Part shown: positions 11,249 through 26,345 of the stretch, piece by piece | Numbering within the stretch: the first letter of the stretch is position 1 | Layout: each line of letters starts with the position of its first letter | Assembly: GCA_036660195.1 (NCBI GenBank) | Contig: JAVXBC010000002.1 | Coordinates: forward strand, 654 to 64,653 | Direction: 5' to 3' | Source: Acinetobacter sp. | GTDB lineage: Bacteria > Pseudomonadota > Gammaproteobacteria > Pseudomonadales > Moraxellaceae | DNA: 64,000 nt | Made by a program: the position numbers and the translations under genes | Notes under the pieces: model-generated | Told to the model about the DNA's origin: nothing | Database searches by the model: none | Seen by the model: only the letters and a program-made list of their open reading frames with translations

Positions 11249-11737
11249 ATGATTTCAGAAAAAGATTGGAAAAACATTCAACAAGTCTTTGATGCAGCAC
11301 AAAAAGCATCTTTACATTGTTCTATTGCGACAGTTGATCAATTCGCGCAACCCACGATAACGCCGATTGGTACAATTTTTTTAAATGATGACCAAACTGC
11401 TTTTTTCTTTGATACATTTACTGAAAAGTTAGCGAACAATCTAAAACACAATTCAAAAGCCTGTATTCAAGCAATAAATAGCGGCAAATGGTTTTGGCTT
11501 AGTTCGTTAATTCAAGGGACTTTTAAAGATTATCCTGGTGTTCGCTTATATGTGGAGATAGGTGACCTACGCCCTGCGACTGAACAAGAAAAACGCGCTG
11601 TTGATCAACGAACCAAACCATTGCAATGGACGAAAGGAAGCCAGTTAATTTGGTCTGAATTCACACATGTACGTGACATCAAAATCAGTGATTTTAGATG
11701 GATTAAATATCCCAAAATGATGGAAAATTTACTCTAA
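11249..11737 (+). CDS. Pyridoxamine 5'-phosphate oxidase-like FMN-binding split-barrel protein
   Basis: SIATVD..QPTITPIGT pattern, NLKHN, GVRLY; AAGGA SD before ATG 11249. Confidence 0.7.
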   Translation: MISEKDWKNIQQVFDAAQKASLHCSIATVDQFAQPTITPIGTIFLNDDQTAFFFDTFTEKLANNLKHNSKACIQAINSGKWFWLSSLIQGTFKDYPGVRLYVEIGDLRPATEQEKRAVDQRTKPLQWTKGSQLIWSEFTHVRDIKISDFRWIKYPKMMENLL

Positions 11738-12364
11738 AGACATTTCAAACAAACACAGTCCTTCTATTTCCAAAGGCATCTTGATCGTTTTAAAAGATGC
11801 CTGTTCAAGTGCATCTAAATGCTCTTGTTTCGTCATATACAATTGATCATTTTGCATTGCATGTGCCGCACACAAATGATCACACACCAAATAATAACCT
11901 TTAGGTTTTAATAATGTTCGGGCTATTTTATGAAAATCTGTTGCATAGTGTTTATGTCTAAGCTCATGTAAAGCTTGATGAATGATAATAAAATCATATT
12001 CTTGCGCTAAAGCCATTTGCCAGTCAGCCTCTTTGAAGCTTCCTACAATGTATTTAGCGCGTGCTCGTTCCGAAGCAGTTAATTTATCTTGTGCAAGCTG
12101 ATGCATCGCTTCAGAAAAATCAAATGCTGTATATTCAATGTTAGGTAGTTTAGACAATAAATGTTGAGCTAAAAAGCCTGGTCCTGAACCTAGTTCCAAT
12201 ACATTACATTGGTCAATTTTTTTGTTGAATAAACTGACATAATAATCAAAGAAATCTTTTCGCCACGGACGTTTGACATTCGCCTGCTCTTGCCACTCTA
12301 AAGCATCTTCATAAAGGCGTAAGTCGATTGGACTAGGTACGTCATTGATCAAATTTTCATTCAT
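11729..12364 (-). CDS. Class I SAM-dependent methyltransferase
   Basis: VLELGSGPG motif I, YTAFDFSEAM, LLKPKG. Confidence 0.9.
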   Translation of the reverse strand: MNENLINDVPSPIDLRLYEDALEWQEQANVKRPWRKDFFDYYVSLFNKKIDQCNVLELGSGPGFLAQHLLSKLPNIEYTAFDFSEAMHQLAQDKLTASERARAKYIVGSFKEADWQMALAQEYDFIIIHQALHELRHKHYATDFHKIARTLLKPKGYYLVCDHLCAAHAMQNDQLYMTKQEHLDALEQASFKTIKMPLEIEGLCLFEMSLE

Positions 12365-12955
12365 TTAAAGCAATCCTATTTCTTCAAAGCATTGTCGATA
12401 TGCCGCTGCCTTCTTTTCTAAAGCCAAAGGATAAGCACGTGATGAAGACGGCAAGCGATACACATTGAGCTGTCGTTTGGCATAATCCACTGCAACAGAT
12501 TGACCGATCTTTGGTTTATCACACTGTTCAGGAAAATGTTGCATCAATGCTTCTGTTGCTTTGTCGCCTGTCGTAATGATGCTATGACACAGCGGAATTT
12601 GCTCCAGTAACTTTGACAGATCGGTTGGTGTCACAATTTCTAAAAACTTATCCGATGCATTGCCTTGTAGTCGTTTCACTTGATACGCCGTGTCAAATAT
12701 TCCAATTCCAGTTTTATTCAGAAAATCTTGAATCAATTGTTCCTTAAAATTCTTATTTGCAACATCCAAGAAATAATCTTTATCGTCAAAATAAATCAGC
12801 CCGAAGATACGCCACATATCATTTTGATAATTAGGATAATAAAAATTCATTTTCCATTTTGTTTCAGGTGGTGGAAAACTGCCTAACATCAATAACTTTG
12901 CATTTTGGGGTAAGAATGGCGTAAGTGGATGGGTTTCGATGTCTAATTCAAGCAT
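12365..12955 (-). CDS. Uracil-DNA glycosylase superfamily protein (MUG-like)
   Basis: HPL.PF, LMLGSFPP, FYYPN..NDMWRI, LPSSS motifs. Confidence 0.85.
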   Translation of the reverse strand: MLELDIETHPLTPFLPQNAKLLMLGSFPPPETKWKMNFYYPNYQNDMWRIFGLIYFDDKDYFLDVANKNFKEQLIQDFLNKTGIGIFDTAYQVKRLQGNASDKFLEIVTPTDLSKLLEQIPLCHSIITTGDKATEALMQHFPEQCDKPKIGQSVAVDYAKRQLNVYRLPSSSRAYPLALEKKAAAYRQCFEEIGLL

Positions 12956-12991
12956 ATAAATGACTCAAAGCGGTTTCATTTTTTGATCTTT

Positions 12992-13735
12992 TTAAAATTC
13001 TGACAATACCTTATCGATAAACCAAAGGGGAAATTTAGCAATCTCAGGATTCAGTTTAAGGATTTCAGCTTGTTCTATTTCTGCTAAAAAAGCAGCTCTT
13101 TCACCATCAGAAGAATTATCAAATAAAAAAGTTCGATCAGTACTTTCAACGGCTTGCATGAGCAAATTCATACTGCGGTAATAACGATCACGAATTTTTT
13201 GTTCAGGAACCGCATGTCCGCCAGCACTCACCCGATATTTAACTCTCGCAATATTAATATCAGGATTAAATGTGGCGACATAGTAGAGATAAGTCTTAAA
13301 ACCCTGTTGTTTCGCTGTCTTTAAAAATTCAACTTTACTGATATGCGACATGACCGTTTCAAAAGTAAAACTGATCTTTAAGCGTAAAAATTCAAACCGA
13401 ATAAAATCAATAATACGCGCAGCTAAATATGAATCTATATCTGTCTTGGCAAAGCGAATTTGATGCGCTGATAGAATTTCAGCTTTATCACTTAATATTG
13501 GGATTAATTGCTGATTAATTTTTTTCTGCTTAGTAATGAGAAATGCAAGCAAAGTAGCTGCATCTAATTGTTCATGATACGTTTTTAAATCTAATATTTG
13601 TGTTTGCTTTAAGGCTTGTTCAAGATCATCCGCATTTAAATACGCCCCGATACGTCGAGGCGGTAAATAATCTTTGACGGTACTTTTGCCTGAACCATTC
13701 GGACCAGCAAACATACGAATCCGAGGTTGACGCAT
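12992..13735 (-). CDS. Zeta-toxin-like P-loop ATPase/kinase (COG4185-like)
   Basis: Walker A AGPNGSGKST, LNADD, FTFETV, RV..RV..GGH.VP, FDNS. Confidence 0.85.
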   Translation of the reverse strand: MRQPRIRMFAGPNGSGKSTVKDYLPPRRIGAYLNADDLEQALKQTQILDLKTYHEQLDAATLLAFLITKQKKINQQLIPILSDKAEILSAHQIRFAKTDIDSYLAARIIDFIRFEFLRLKISFTFETVMSHISKVEFLKTAKQQGFKTYLYYVATFNPDINIARVKYRVSAGGHAVPEQKIRDRYYRSMNLLMQAVESTDRTFLFDNSSDGERAAFLAEIEQAEILKLNPEIAKFPLWFIDKVLSEF

Positions 13736-13739
13736 ACGT

Positions 13740-13994
13740 TTAAACGACAGCTGATTTCTTCTTACGTTTAAAGATCAACTGTGATGTAGGAAGCGCTTGA
13801 TAAGATGAAGATACATCTTGCAGTACTTCGATCTCACCTGTTGGAAACCGTTTTAGTAGCAAACCATCTTTGACATAGACAACCGTAGAGGATGAGCTAG
13901 CTTTTTCAAATGCTTTGCGAAATGCCTGTACAGCAAGTTCTGGAAGATGATCTTCTTCTTGCATACTCATTTGCATGATTGTAAAAGCGGTCAT
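13740..13994 (-). CDS. Small hypothetical protein, candidate partner/antitoxin of the downstream ATPase
   Basis: 84 aa, SD AGGAG, ends 4 nt before the ATPase start. Confidence 0.7.
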   Translation of the reverse strand: MTAFTIMQMSMQEEDHLPELAVQAFRKAFEKASSSSTVVYVKDGLLLKRFPTGEIEVLQDVSSSYQALPTSQLIFKRKKKSAVV

Positions 13995-14077
13995 TGATGA
14001 CTCCTACGACGGATAAGGTCTATAAGCTATATTACCACACGTGTGCATTTTGTCTATTTTTAGATCGGTCTTTCAAA

Positions 14078-14560
14078 CTAGCTTCTACGTACTAAATCTT
14101 CGATCATTATTAATTTTGGTAAATCATGAATCAGTTGATTGAGTTTGTTATTTGCAGGAGAAATACACCCCATGTAATGGCTTAAATTGGTTTCTGTACC
14201 ATCTAAACGCTTCCATGAAAAATACGCACTTTGTTGATCTGTCATGGTTTGATCACATTGCGTTGTTTTCAAACTCGTACCAGTTGCAGGTCGATAAATT
14301 TTCAATTGTTGTTGAAGCTTTCTGTATGCGTCAGAATTAACTTTTAAATCTCGAATACCGACGACTTTAGTATATTGCTTGCCTTCAAAATGCACCGCTC
14401 CTGTTGGAGAAATTTCAACTGAATAAATTGGACATGCGCCAAAACAAGGACTAGACGCATAACGAATCGTTTCTTGTGAATCCTCCTGAGAATTAGAAGG
14501 ATTAGATGCACAACCAATCAAACTAAGTGCCATAAAACTGCTGATTAATATTTTTTTCAT
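14078..14560 (-). CDS. Lipoprotein with DUF6438-like domain
   Basis: Signal peptide MKK..LIGC lipobox; PCFGACPIYSVEI..G.V.FEG motif. Confidence 0.75.
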   Translation of the reverse strand: MKKILISSFMALSLIGCASNPSNSQEDSQETIRYASSPCFGACPIYSVEISPTGAVHFEGKQYTKVVGIRDLKVNSDAYRKLQQQLKIYRPATGTSLKTTQCDQTMTDQQSAYFSWKRLDGTETNLSHYMGCISPANNKLNQLIHDLPKLIMIEDLVRRS

Positions 14561-14689
14561 TTTTATAACCATTTAAAAGACTTCCTTCAACCTAACAAAG
14601 CATGAATTTAGATTCATGAGGTTTATGGTTAAATGTCGTAATTTATAATTTGCTTAGGCTATTTTAAAAATAGGAAATAAATGGATAAA

Positions 14690-15394
14690 TTAGTTTTGAT
14701 TTTGAGCTTTTAAAATCAATCGAGCTAAGTCCAAATCATCAGTATAAGTAATTTTAATATTATCTGAACGACCTAGCACCACTTGCACAGGTTCGTTTAC
14801 ATATTCTAATGCACTCGCCTCATCAGTGATGATTATCTGATCCGCTAAGGCGCGCTCAAGCGCATTTTTTAACGTTTTTAATTGGGCAATTTGCGGTGTT
14901 TGAGCTTGCCACAATAGTTCACGACTGACCGTTTTTTCTATCTGATTTTGCTGAGCAACTTGTTTTAAGGTGTCCCGTACAGGAATCGCTAAAATTGCAC
15001 TTTGATTGGTATCTTGAGCAGTTTGCACTAACTGATATAGGCAATCTACTGTGACACAAGGACGTGCCGCATCGTGCACCAACACCCAATCGTCATCATC
15101 AGCTATACCAGTCAAATAAATCAATGCATTGAGCACTGAATCAACTCGTTCAACCCCGCCTACACAAAAGTGCAATTTATCTTGATTCTGGAAACTTAGT
15201 GTACGTGCAACATTGTCGTCTTGACCAATTACCAATACGCAACCAGCTAAATCTAAAGTATTTAAACGATTAACGGTATGTTCAAGCACAGTATGATCTT
15301 GAATAGATTGATATTGTTTTAATTCTGTTTTAGAAAAACGGTTACCTGAGCCCGCCGCAGGCACAACCGCCCATAATTTAGTCTGGGTTTTCAT
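14690..15394 (-). CDS. ispD: 2-C-methyl-D-erythritol 4-phosphate cytidylyltransferase
   Basis: VPAAGSG.R, KQY, LVHDAARP, QTPQ, TDEASA, NIKIT; overlaps the ftsB stop. Confidence 0.95.
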   Translation of the reverse strand: MKTQTKLWAVVPAAGSGNRFSKTELKQYQSIQDHTVLEHTVNRLNTLDLAGCVLVIGQDDNVARTLSFQNQDKLHFCVGGVERVDSVLNALIYLTGIADDDDWVLVHDAARPCVTVDCLYQLVQTAQDTNQSAILAIPVRDTLKQVAQQNQIEKTVSRELLWQAQTPQIAQLKTLKNALERALADQIIITDEASALEYVNEPVQVVLGRSDNIKITYTDDLDLARLILKAQNQN

Positions 15395-15749
15395 TGGTCT
15401 CTGTATCGACCTTTGCATTTGGATCAATATAAATTGGTTTGTAATGGGTACTGATGGTACTCATTTGCACAAATGTTTCATGCGGTTTAACTAGCCCCAA
15501 GTCTAAACGCGCATGTTCTTCGATGGCTTCTGTACCATTCTTTAAGTCAAAAACTTCAGCGGCTAAAATACGATTGCGCTCTTTCAGCTCCGTGTTGACT
15601 TCGGCTTGCTGTACAATTTGTTGAGCTAAAGCCTGATGAGGGAAATATCCCCCCTCACCTAGCCAAAATTGGTACTGTAAGCTTGCCACCAAAGCAGTGA
15701 CAAGCAACAGGATCAATTTACTCGAAGTAGATCGAAAAACTTCTAACAT
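15378..15749 (-). CDS. ftsB: Cell division protein FtsB
   Basis: TM helix, coiled coil, EEHARLDLGLVKPHETF; conserved eno-ftsB-ispD order. Confidence 0.93.
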   Translation of the reverse strand: MLEVFRSTSSKLILLLVTALVASLQYQFWLGEGGYFPHQALAQQIVQQAEVNTELKERNRILAAEVFDLKNGTEAIEEHARLDLGLVKPHETFVQMSTISTHYKPIYIDPNAKVDTETNENPD

Positions 15750-15874
15750 TAAAAACTCCTTACATCTTTCTTAAAGAAAGATCATCTACAAATTCTATAG
15801 AATTATGAATTTGCAGAGTTTCTTTCTTTTGTAAAGAAAGATGCTTAGAAGTGTTTAACATAGACTAATTGACC

Positions 15875-17203
<1,329 letters not shown>

Positions 17204-18061
17204 TCAATGTGTATCTAATTTCTCGAAACCTTTAACCAAGGTATCTAATTCTTTCAATTGCGCTAAAAATGGTTCTAGCTGTGACAAACGCAACGCACAT
17301 GGGCCGTCACATTTGGCTTTTTCAGGATCAGGATGTGCTTCTAAAAATAGACCTGCAATTCCTGTGGCAATACCTGAACGCGCCAAAGTCGTAATTTGTG
17401 CACGACGACCGCCCGCAGAATCTGCACGGCCACCCGGAGTTTGTAAGGCATGCGTCACATCGAAGAACACAGGGACATTCATTTCTTTCATGATGTCGAA
17501 GCCCAACATATCGACAACTAAATTGTTGTAGCCAAATGCCGAACCACGTTCACAGATAATCAGCTTGTCATTTCCAGCTTCTAAGCACTTATGCAAAATA
17601 TGGCGCATTTCATGTGGAGCAAGAAATTGTGCTTTTTTGATATTGATAATGGCTTGAGTTTTCGCCATCGCTTCAACTAAATCGGTCTGGCGGCTTAAAA
17701 ATGCAGGAAGCTGTATAATATCTGCTACTTCTGCAACAGCTGCTGCCTGATACGGTTCATGCACATCGGTAATAATAGGTACATTGAAGTGCTTTTTAAT
17801 TTCGGCAAGCCATTCAATGCCCTTTTCCAAACCTGGCCCGCGGAATGAGTTTAGGCTCGAACGGTTGGCTTTATCAAAGCTCGCTTTAAACACATAAGGA
17901 ATGTCTAAGCGTTTGCAAATATCAATATAAGTTTCAGCAATTTCAAAGGCTAAGTCTTTAGACTCGAGTACATTCATTCCGCCAAATAATACAAATGGCA
18001 AATGATTCGCCATTTGTATATCGCCTAAACGTACAACTTCTTGTGGTTTTAATTGTGACAT
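17204..18061 (-). CDS. kdsA: KDO 8-phosphate synthase
   Basis: [30 protein letters not shown]. Confidence 0.98.
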   Translation of the reverse strand: MSQLKPQEVVRLGDIQMANHLPFVLFGGMNVLESKDLAFEIAETYIDICKRLDIPYVFKASFDKANRSSLNSFRGPGLEKGIEWLAEIKKHFNVPIITDVHEPYQAAAVAEVADIIQLPAFLSRQTDLVEAMAKTQAIINIKKAQFLAPHEMRHILHKCLEAGNDKLIICERGSAFGYNNLVVDMLGFDIMKEMNVPVFFDVTHALQTPGGRADSAGGRRAQITTLARSGIATGIAGLFLEAHPDPEKAKCDGPCALRLSQLEPFLAQLKELDTLVKGFEKLDTH

Positions 18062-18092
18062 TCAAACTTTCCCAGTTTATTTAAATCCGACA

Positions 18093-19796
<1,704 letters not shown>

Positions 19797-20086
19797 CTAG
19801 AAAGCAAAGTCAAACCGCATCAATTCAAAGAACTATAAACAACTGGCTATTCTATCAGCATTTTCTATAAAATTTTATGCCGTTTTTTGCAATTTCCTCA
19901 ATTAAGTGCTTTAAAGTTTTAATGCTTCTTGAATTTATTTTTGATTTTCCTGCATTTATTTTGGGTCAAAATGACAATTCAGCGCATTTATAAAATCTCA
20001 ACAAACTGAACATCAGCGAATGATTTTTTTCTAGTCTTTTACTGTTATAATTCATACCAACTTTATTTAATGATGTTGTTGAAACA

Positions 20087-20506
20087 ATGGCGAATAAAAA
20101 ACTTTTAATTTGTGCGGCACTTGCCACTGGTCTTTTATTAACGGCTTGTGTGAAAAAAGAAGAACCAAAATCGGAAGATCAGCAAGAACAAGCTTCTGAA
20201 ACGCAAAGCACACAAACTGAATCTGAGTCACAAAATAGTAATTCTAATGAATCTATCCCAACGACTGTACAACTTGAGCCTGTGATTGAAACCACGCGTG
20301 AAGAAACGGCACATACCACAACTGAAATTCGCCGTGAAATTCAACCTGCTCAAAATCAATCTTCAAATACCAGTTCAAGCCAAACTGAACAACCAGAGCC
20401 AAAGCCTGTAAAAGTTGAAGCACCAAAAGCCAATAATTCAGCGCAAACTGAAGATGATGCTGTTGCCGCTGCAATTGCCGCTGCGACCCCTGCGTTAGCT
20501 AACTAA
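20087..20506 (+). CDS. Hypothetical low-complexity lipoprotein
   Basis: Lipobox LTAC; E/Q/S/T-rich disordered body; C-terminal Ala-rich helix. Confidence 0.8.
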   Translation: MANKKLLICAALATGLLLTACVKKEEPKSEDQQEQASETQSTQTESESQNSNSNESIPTTVQLEPVIETTREETAHTTTEIRREIQPAQNQSSNTSSSQTEQPEPKPVKVEAPKANNSAQTEDDAVAAAIAAATPALAN

Positions 20507-20532
20507 ATTCGTTTTAAAAAATCTATACCAAT

Positions 20533-20559
20533 GCGCCGCTTTAATAGCGGCGCTTTTTT
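20533..20559 (+). terminator. Rho-independent terminator
   Basis: GCGCCGCT-ttaat-AGCGGCGC followed by T6. Confidence 0.85.
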
Positions 20560-20569
20560 ATTTATCAAT

Positions 20570-21655
20570 TTAATAGTTTTTAAAGAAGTCAGCCATTAAA
20601 CGTGAAGCCCAAGACTTCACAGTTAAATTTTCATAAAAACCACAATGACTGCCTTTTTTGGTGGTTACGACTGCGATATTTTCCATTTGCTGAATTATAT
20701 CTTTATAAGGTTCTAAATTTTTAATTGAGCAGACTGGGTCATCTTCTGCATTGAGAATCATCAATGGAATTTTTACATTTTCAAATACGTAAATTGGATT
20801 AATCGCTTGGCAATAACTTTGATAATCCTGAAAACCAGCCATTTCAAAGTATTCTTTTTCAAACCTTTCTAGGTTTGTTGTCGCCAAAACCTTTTCGATT
20901 GAAGCAAGCTGATTCCATGTATTTTGATAGGGATAAATAAAATACTTAAACAATTTCTTAGTCATCATTTTGCTGTAAAAAGGATGAACATGTTGAAAAC
21001 TTAGTTCGGTATTATAACCTGGACACATCGCAAAGGCAGCTTTGAATGGTGTCTCGACACCTTGCTCTCCTAAATAACGCACCAACAGTCCTGTTCCTGC
21101 TGATGAGCCGACCGCAAATAATGCTGATTTTGGAAACAATTTTTGAATATGCGCAATTTGCTCTTTCAAATCACTGGTAGAACCAAAAAGTGAAATACGC
21201 GGAACTGGCATCGGCAAGCCCGCATGCCCACGACGTAAACACAAAGCAATTCGCCAGCCTGTGTATTCATGTAGGTCTTTCACCAACTCTCGCATACTTT
21301 CAGGTGTTCCTGTAATCGTATGCATAATCACAACAGTCGGCGTTTCTGGCGGAAGATTGTAGCCATACCATGCAATCGCGGTGATACCACCATCCTGCAT
21401 AGCGAGTTGATCAATATGATCATATTCAAGCTTGATGGATTTCTTACGAATAAGATCAAAATAAAGCAAATGGATATGCGTATTGCTCAGCCAAGGCGTC
21501 GGACGGTACTTTTGTTTAAGTTGCGGCAATTTTTCCAAAACGTCTTTAATTTTCCCTTTCGGGTCATAATACATTTTAGGTTGTTCAGCACCGATAAACC
21601 TATCAAATAGTTCTGAACCCAACTTTTTAACTTTATTTAATTTTGATGTGTTCAT
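20570..21655 (-). CDS. YheT-family alpha/beta hydrolase
   Basis: DGG, LRRGH, GSSAG nucleophile, NAEDDP, GSHCGF. Confidence 0.88.
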   Translation of the reverse strand: MNTSKLNKVKKLGSELFDRFIGAEQPKMYYDPKGKIKDVLEKLPQLKQKYRPTPWLSNTHIHLLYFDLIRKKSIKLEYDHIDQLAMQDGGITAIAWYGYNLPPETPTVVIMHTITGTPESMRELVKDLHEYTGWRIALCLRRGHAGLPMPVPRISLFGSTSDLKEQIAHIQKLFPKSALFAVGSSAGTGLLVRYLGEQGVETPFKAAFAMCPGYNTELSFQHVHPFYSKMMTKKLFKYFIYPYQNTWNQLASIEKVLATTNLERFEKEYFEMAGFQDYQSYCQAINPIYVFENVKIPLMILNAEDDPVCSIKNLEPYKDIIQQMENIAVVTTKKGSHCGFYENLTVKSWASRLMADFFKNY

Positions 21656-21711
21656 ATTTCAATGTTGACCTAATTTTAAATTCAAATGTTACTTAGGCTA
21701 TTTTGTAAATT

Positions 21712-22119
21712 TTAATTTGGTTGATACTTGGCAAACCGCTCACCCATTTTCTCAGCCAATGCAGCTAAACCACTCATTGGACGAATCATCACTTCAAAAT
21801 CAATGATTTTTCCTTGTTCATTAAAGCGAATCATATCAATACCTTTTAATGATTTTCCGCTCACATTTGCACTAAATTCCAACACTACATTTTCACCATC
21901 TTCCGTATAAAACTCACGGTGATAAGTAAAGTTTTCAAAAACCTGAATGACATTGGTCAAAATAAAGAAAACCACCTGTTTACCTTCGTACGGCTTGAAT
22001 GCAACTGGTGAACGGAACACCACAGCATCATCTAATAGTTCATTTAACGCGGATAAGTTGCCCGCTTGAATCATGTGATGCCATTTTGCTAAAGATTGTT
22101 GTGTTGTTTGCAGTGTCAT
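21712..22119 (-). CDS. SnoaL/NTF2-like protein
   Basis: LLDDAVVFRSPV..PY.G, GIDMIRFNE.GKI.DFEVMIRP; AAGGA SD. Confidence 0.85.
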   Translation of the reverse strand: MTLQTTQQSLAKWHHMIQAGNLSALNELLDDAVVFRSPVAFKPYEGKQVVFFILTNVIQVFENFTYHREFYTEDGENVVLEFSANVSGKSLKGIDMIRFNEQGKIIDFEVMIRPMSGLAALAEKMGERFAKYQPN

Positions 22120-22199
22120 AATTATTGTCCTTATATTGATCTTTCCATTCATCAAATTAGAGACATTTTCTCCTTAGAAAAAATGTCTCTTTTAATTAT

Positions 22200-24314
<2,115 letters not shown>

Positions 24315-24350
24315 AATCTTTATAGTCACAATTTATTTTTTTGGATGGTT

Positions 24351-24911
24351 ATGTCACTTGCCCATGTTTTATTGACCAGCTTATTGGAAAAACCGAGCAC
24401 CGGTTCTGATTTAGCGCGTCGTTTTGACCGATCAATGGGCTTTTTTTGGAATGCAACACATCAGCAAATATACCGTGAACTCAATGGGATGCTGAAAAAA
24501 GAATGGATATCCACTTTAGAACAAGACACATCCAACAGTCGTAAGAAAACCTATCAAGTTGAACAATTGGGTCGAATTGAATTGGCAGCATGGATAGATC
24601 AACAAAGTGAACCTGCGCAGTTGCGTGATGATTTGATGGTTCGATTACGCGCAGAAGCACAACTCGGCGGCAACACAATTTTGCCTGAGTTAGAGCGACA
24701 TTTAGTATTACACAGAGAAAAATTTGAACTTTATCAATCCATTCATGATAAAGATTTTAAAGATCATCAACCAAGCAACCGTGTATTATTTATTCATAAA
24801 ATGATACTTGAACTTGGCATTATTAAAGAACAGGAATGGGTGCAATGGTTAGAAAAAGTGATTCCTCAATTGAAACAATTCGCCGTTAAAACTGACATTG
24901 GAGAAAAATAA
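24351..24911 (+). CDS. PadR-family transcriptional regulator with C-terminal activator-type domain
   Basis: MSLAHVLL..L, FFWNATHQQIYREL, KKTY; divergent from fadH. Confidence 0.9.
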   Translation: MSLAHVLLTSLLEKPSTGSDLARRFDRSMGFFWNATHQQIYRELNGMLKKEWISTLEQDTSNSRKKTYQVEQLGRIELAAWIDQQSEPAQLRDDLMVRLRAEAQLGGNTILPELERHLVLHREKFELYQSIHDKDFKDHQPSNRVLFIHKMILELGIIKEQEWVQWLEKVIPQLKQFAVKTDIGEK

Positions 24912-25831
24912 TGCCTTTTTATACCATGCCTGATCAGGAAAAATTATTTGTACGCCGTGTCGGTGAAGGTGAACCTGTGTTGGTTTTATCTGGATTAGGG
25001 ATGCAAAGCTGGCAGTGGCTTCCTTTCTTATTTGCAAATCGTAATAAATATGAATTTATCATTCCTGAATGGCGAGGTTTTGGCGGCTCAAAAAACTGTG
25101 CAATTCCTGAAATAGATGCGATTTCAAGTCATTGGAATGATGTCGCATCACTCATTCAACAATTAAAATTAGATCAATTTATTTTGATTGGTTATTCTTT
25201 GGGCGCAAGTACCGCAATGCATGGCATGAAACATGGCGGTTTAGCACAGAAACTCAAAGCTTATTTACATATCGACCAAACGCCAAAATTAACAGTAGAT
25301 GATTCTTGGCAATATGGTTTATTTGGACAGAAGCAGGCTCAATTCAAACGTCTTCTACTCGATATTCAAACACTTCTTCTTGAAAATAAACAGGCAACGA
25401 CACTTAACGATTTACCAAGTAACATTCGTTATAAGCTGGTCAGTTTATGGGGCGATTTTATCGAATTGCAAAGTAGTAATACCTATAGTGTAAAACTGGT
25501 CAGATTGGCATTGAAACGCCCCGCTTTGCAGAAATATTTCCTCCCGATTCAACGTTTAAATTACTTACTTTGGTATGTCGAGAATTATATAAACCATGAT
25601 GAAGATTATCGAGATGCAATTCGCCAAGTAGATTGCCCTGCAACCTTCTTTATTGGTCGTGAATCGACGCTATACAACGAAACTGGGCAAACGATTATTG
25701 CCAATAGCCTAGCGAATTCAAAAACGGTGTATTTTGAACATTCAGGCCATACGCCATTAATTACTGAACCGAGAAAGTTTAGTCAGGAGATTGGCAATTT
25801 CTTATTTAAACAAGCCCACAAAGCTTCATAA
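24911..25831 (+). CDS. Alpha/beta fold hydrolase
   Basis: RGFGGS, GYSLG nucleophile elbow, SGH; TAATG coupling with padR. Confidence 0.88.
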   Translation: MPFYTMPDQEKLFVRRVGEGEPVLVLSGLGMQSWQWLPFLFANRNKYEFIIPEWRGFGGSKNCAIPEIDAISSHWNDVASLIQQLKLDQFILIGYSLGASTAMHGMKHGGLAQKLKAYLHIDQTPKLTVDDSWQYGLFGQKQAQFKRLLLDIQTLLLENKQATTLNDLPSNIRYKLVSLWGDFIELQSSNTYSVKLVRLALKRPALQKYFLPIQRLNYLLWYVENYINHDEDYRDAIRQVDCPATFFIGRESTLYNETGQTIIANSLANSKTVYFEHSGHTPLITEPRKFSQEIGNFLFKQAHKAS

Positions 25832-26307
25832 TGAGCAATCCTCAGCGTATTCGACGTTATGATTTGATTATTGCGGGTGGCGTATTTTTACTGATCTCGC
25901 TTTATTTTACTTATGCCTCATTTACTTCATTTTTAAATCAAGCGAATGCAGCTAACTCTTATCATTCTGTAACTGCTGTCGTTACGCATACGCAACTCAG
26001 TTCACAAAAGAATGGAATTTATACACCGAATATCCAATATCAATATTTTTATCAAAACCATAGATACCAAGCTTCACGATTTGCTTATTTTAATATGGGA
26101 GCTGGTCATTTTGATCAAGCACAAGCTATCTTAAATTCATATCCAGTTGGCAAGCAGATTGAAATTTATATTGACCCCAGCCAACCGTCCCTATCGGTGA
26201 TTTCAAAGCAAAAACCATCTATAAAATACTTAGGCTATTTTATGGTGATGCCTATTTTAAGTATTTGTCTGATTTTGTGGGGCTTTAACTTTCGCCGCAA
26301 AGCATGA
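25831..26307 (+). CDS. DUF3592-family membrane protein
   Basis: Two TM helices flanking a beta domain with P.I.Y.Y and YPVG..I.IYIDP..P; TAATG coupling. Confidence 0.8.
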   Translation: MSNPQRIRRYDLIIAGGVFLLISLYFTYASFTSFLNQANAANSYHSVTAVVTHTQLSSQKNGIYTPNIQYQYFYQNHRYQASRFAYFNMGAGHFDQAQAILNSYPVGKQIEIYIDPSQPSLSVISKQKPSIKYLGYFMVMPILSICLILWGFNFRRKA

Positions 26308-26345
26308 TCACTTGTCGAAAAATATTCTACAAGTGATCATTATAT

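Noticed and set aside
14601-14618. Palindrome CATGAAT-ttag-ATTCATG as another MetR box
   Set aside because: Spacing is TGAA-N6-TTCA rather than N5 and the downstream lipoprotein has no methionine link; function unassigned
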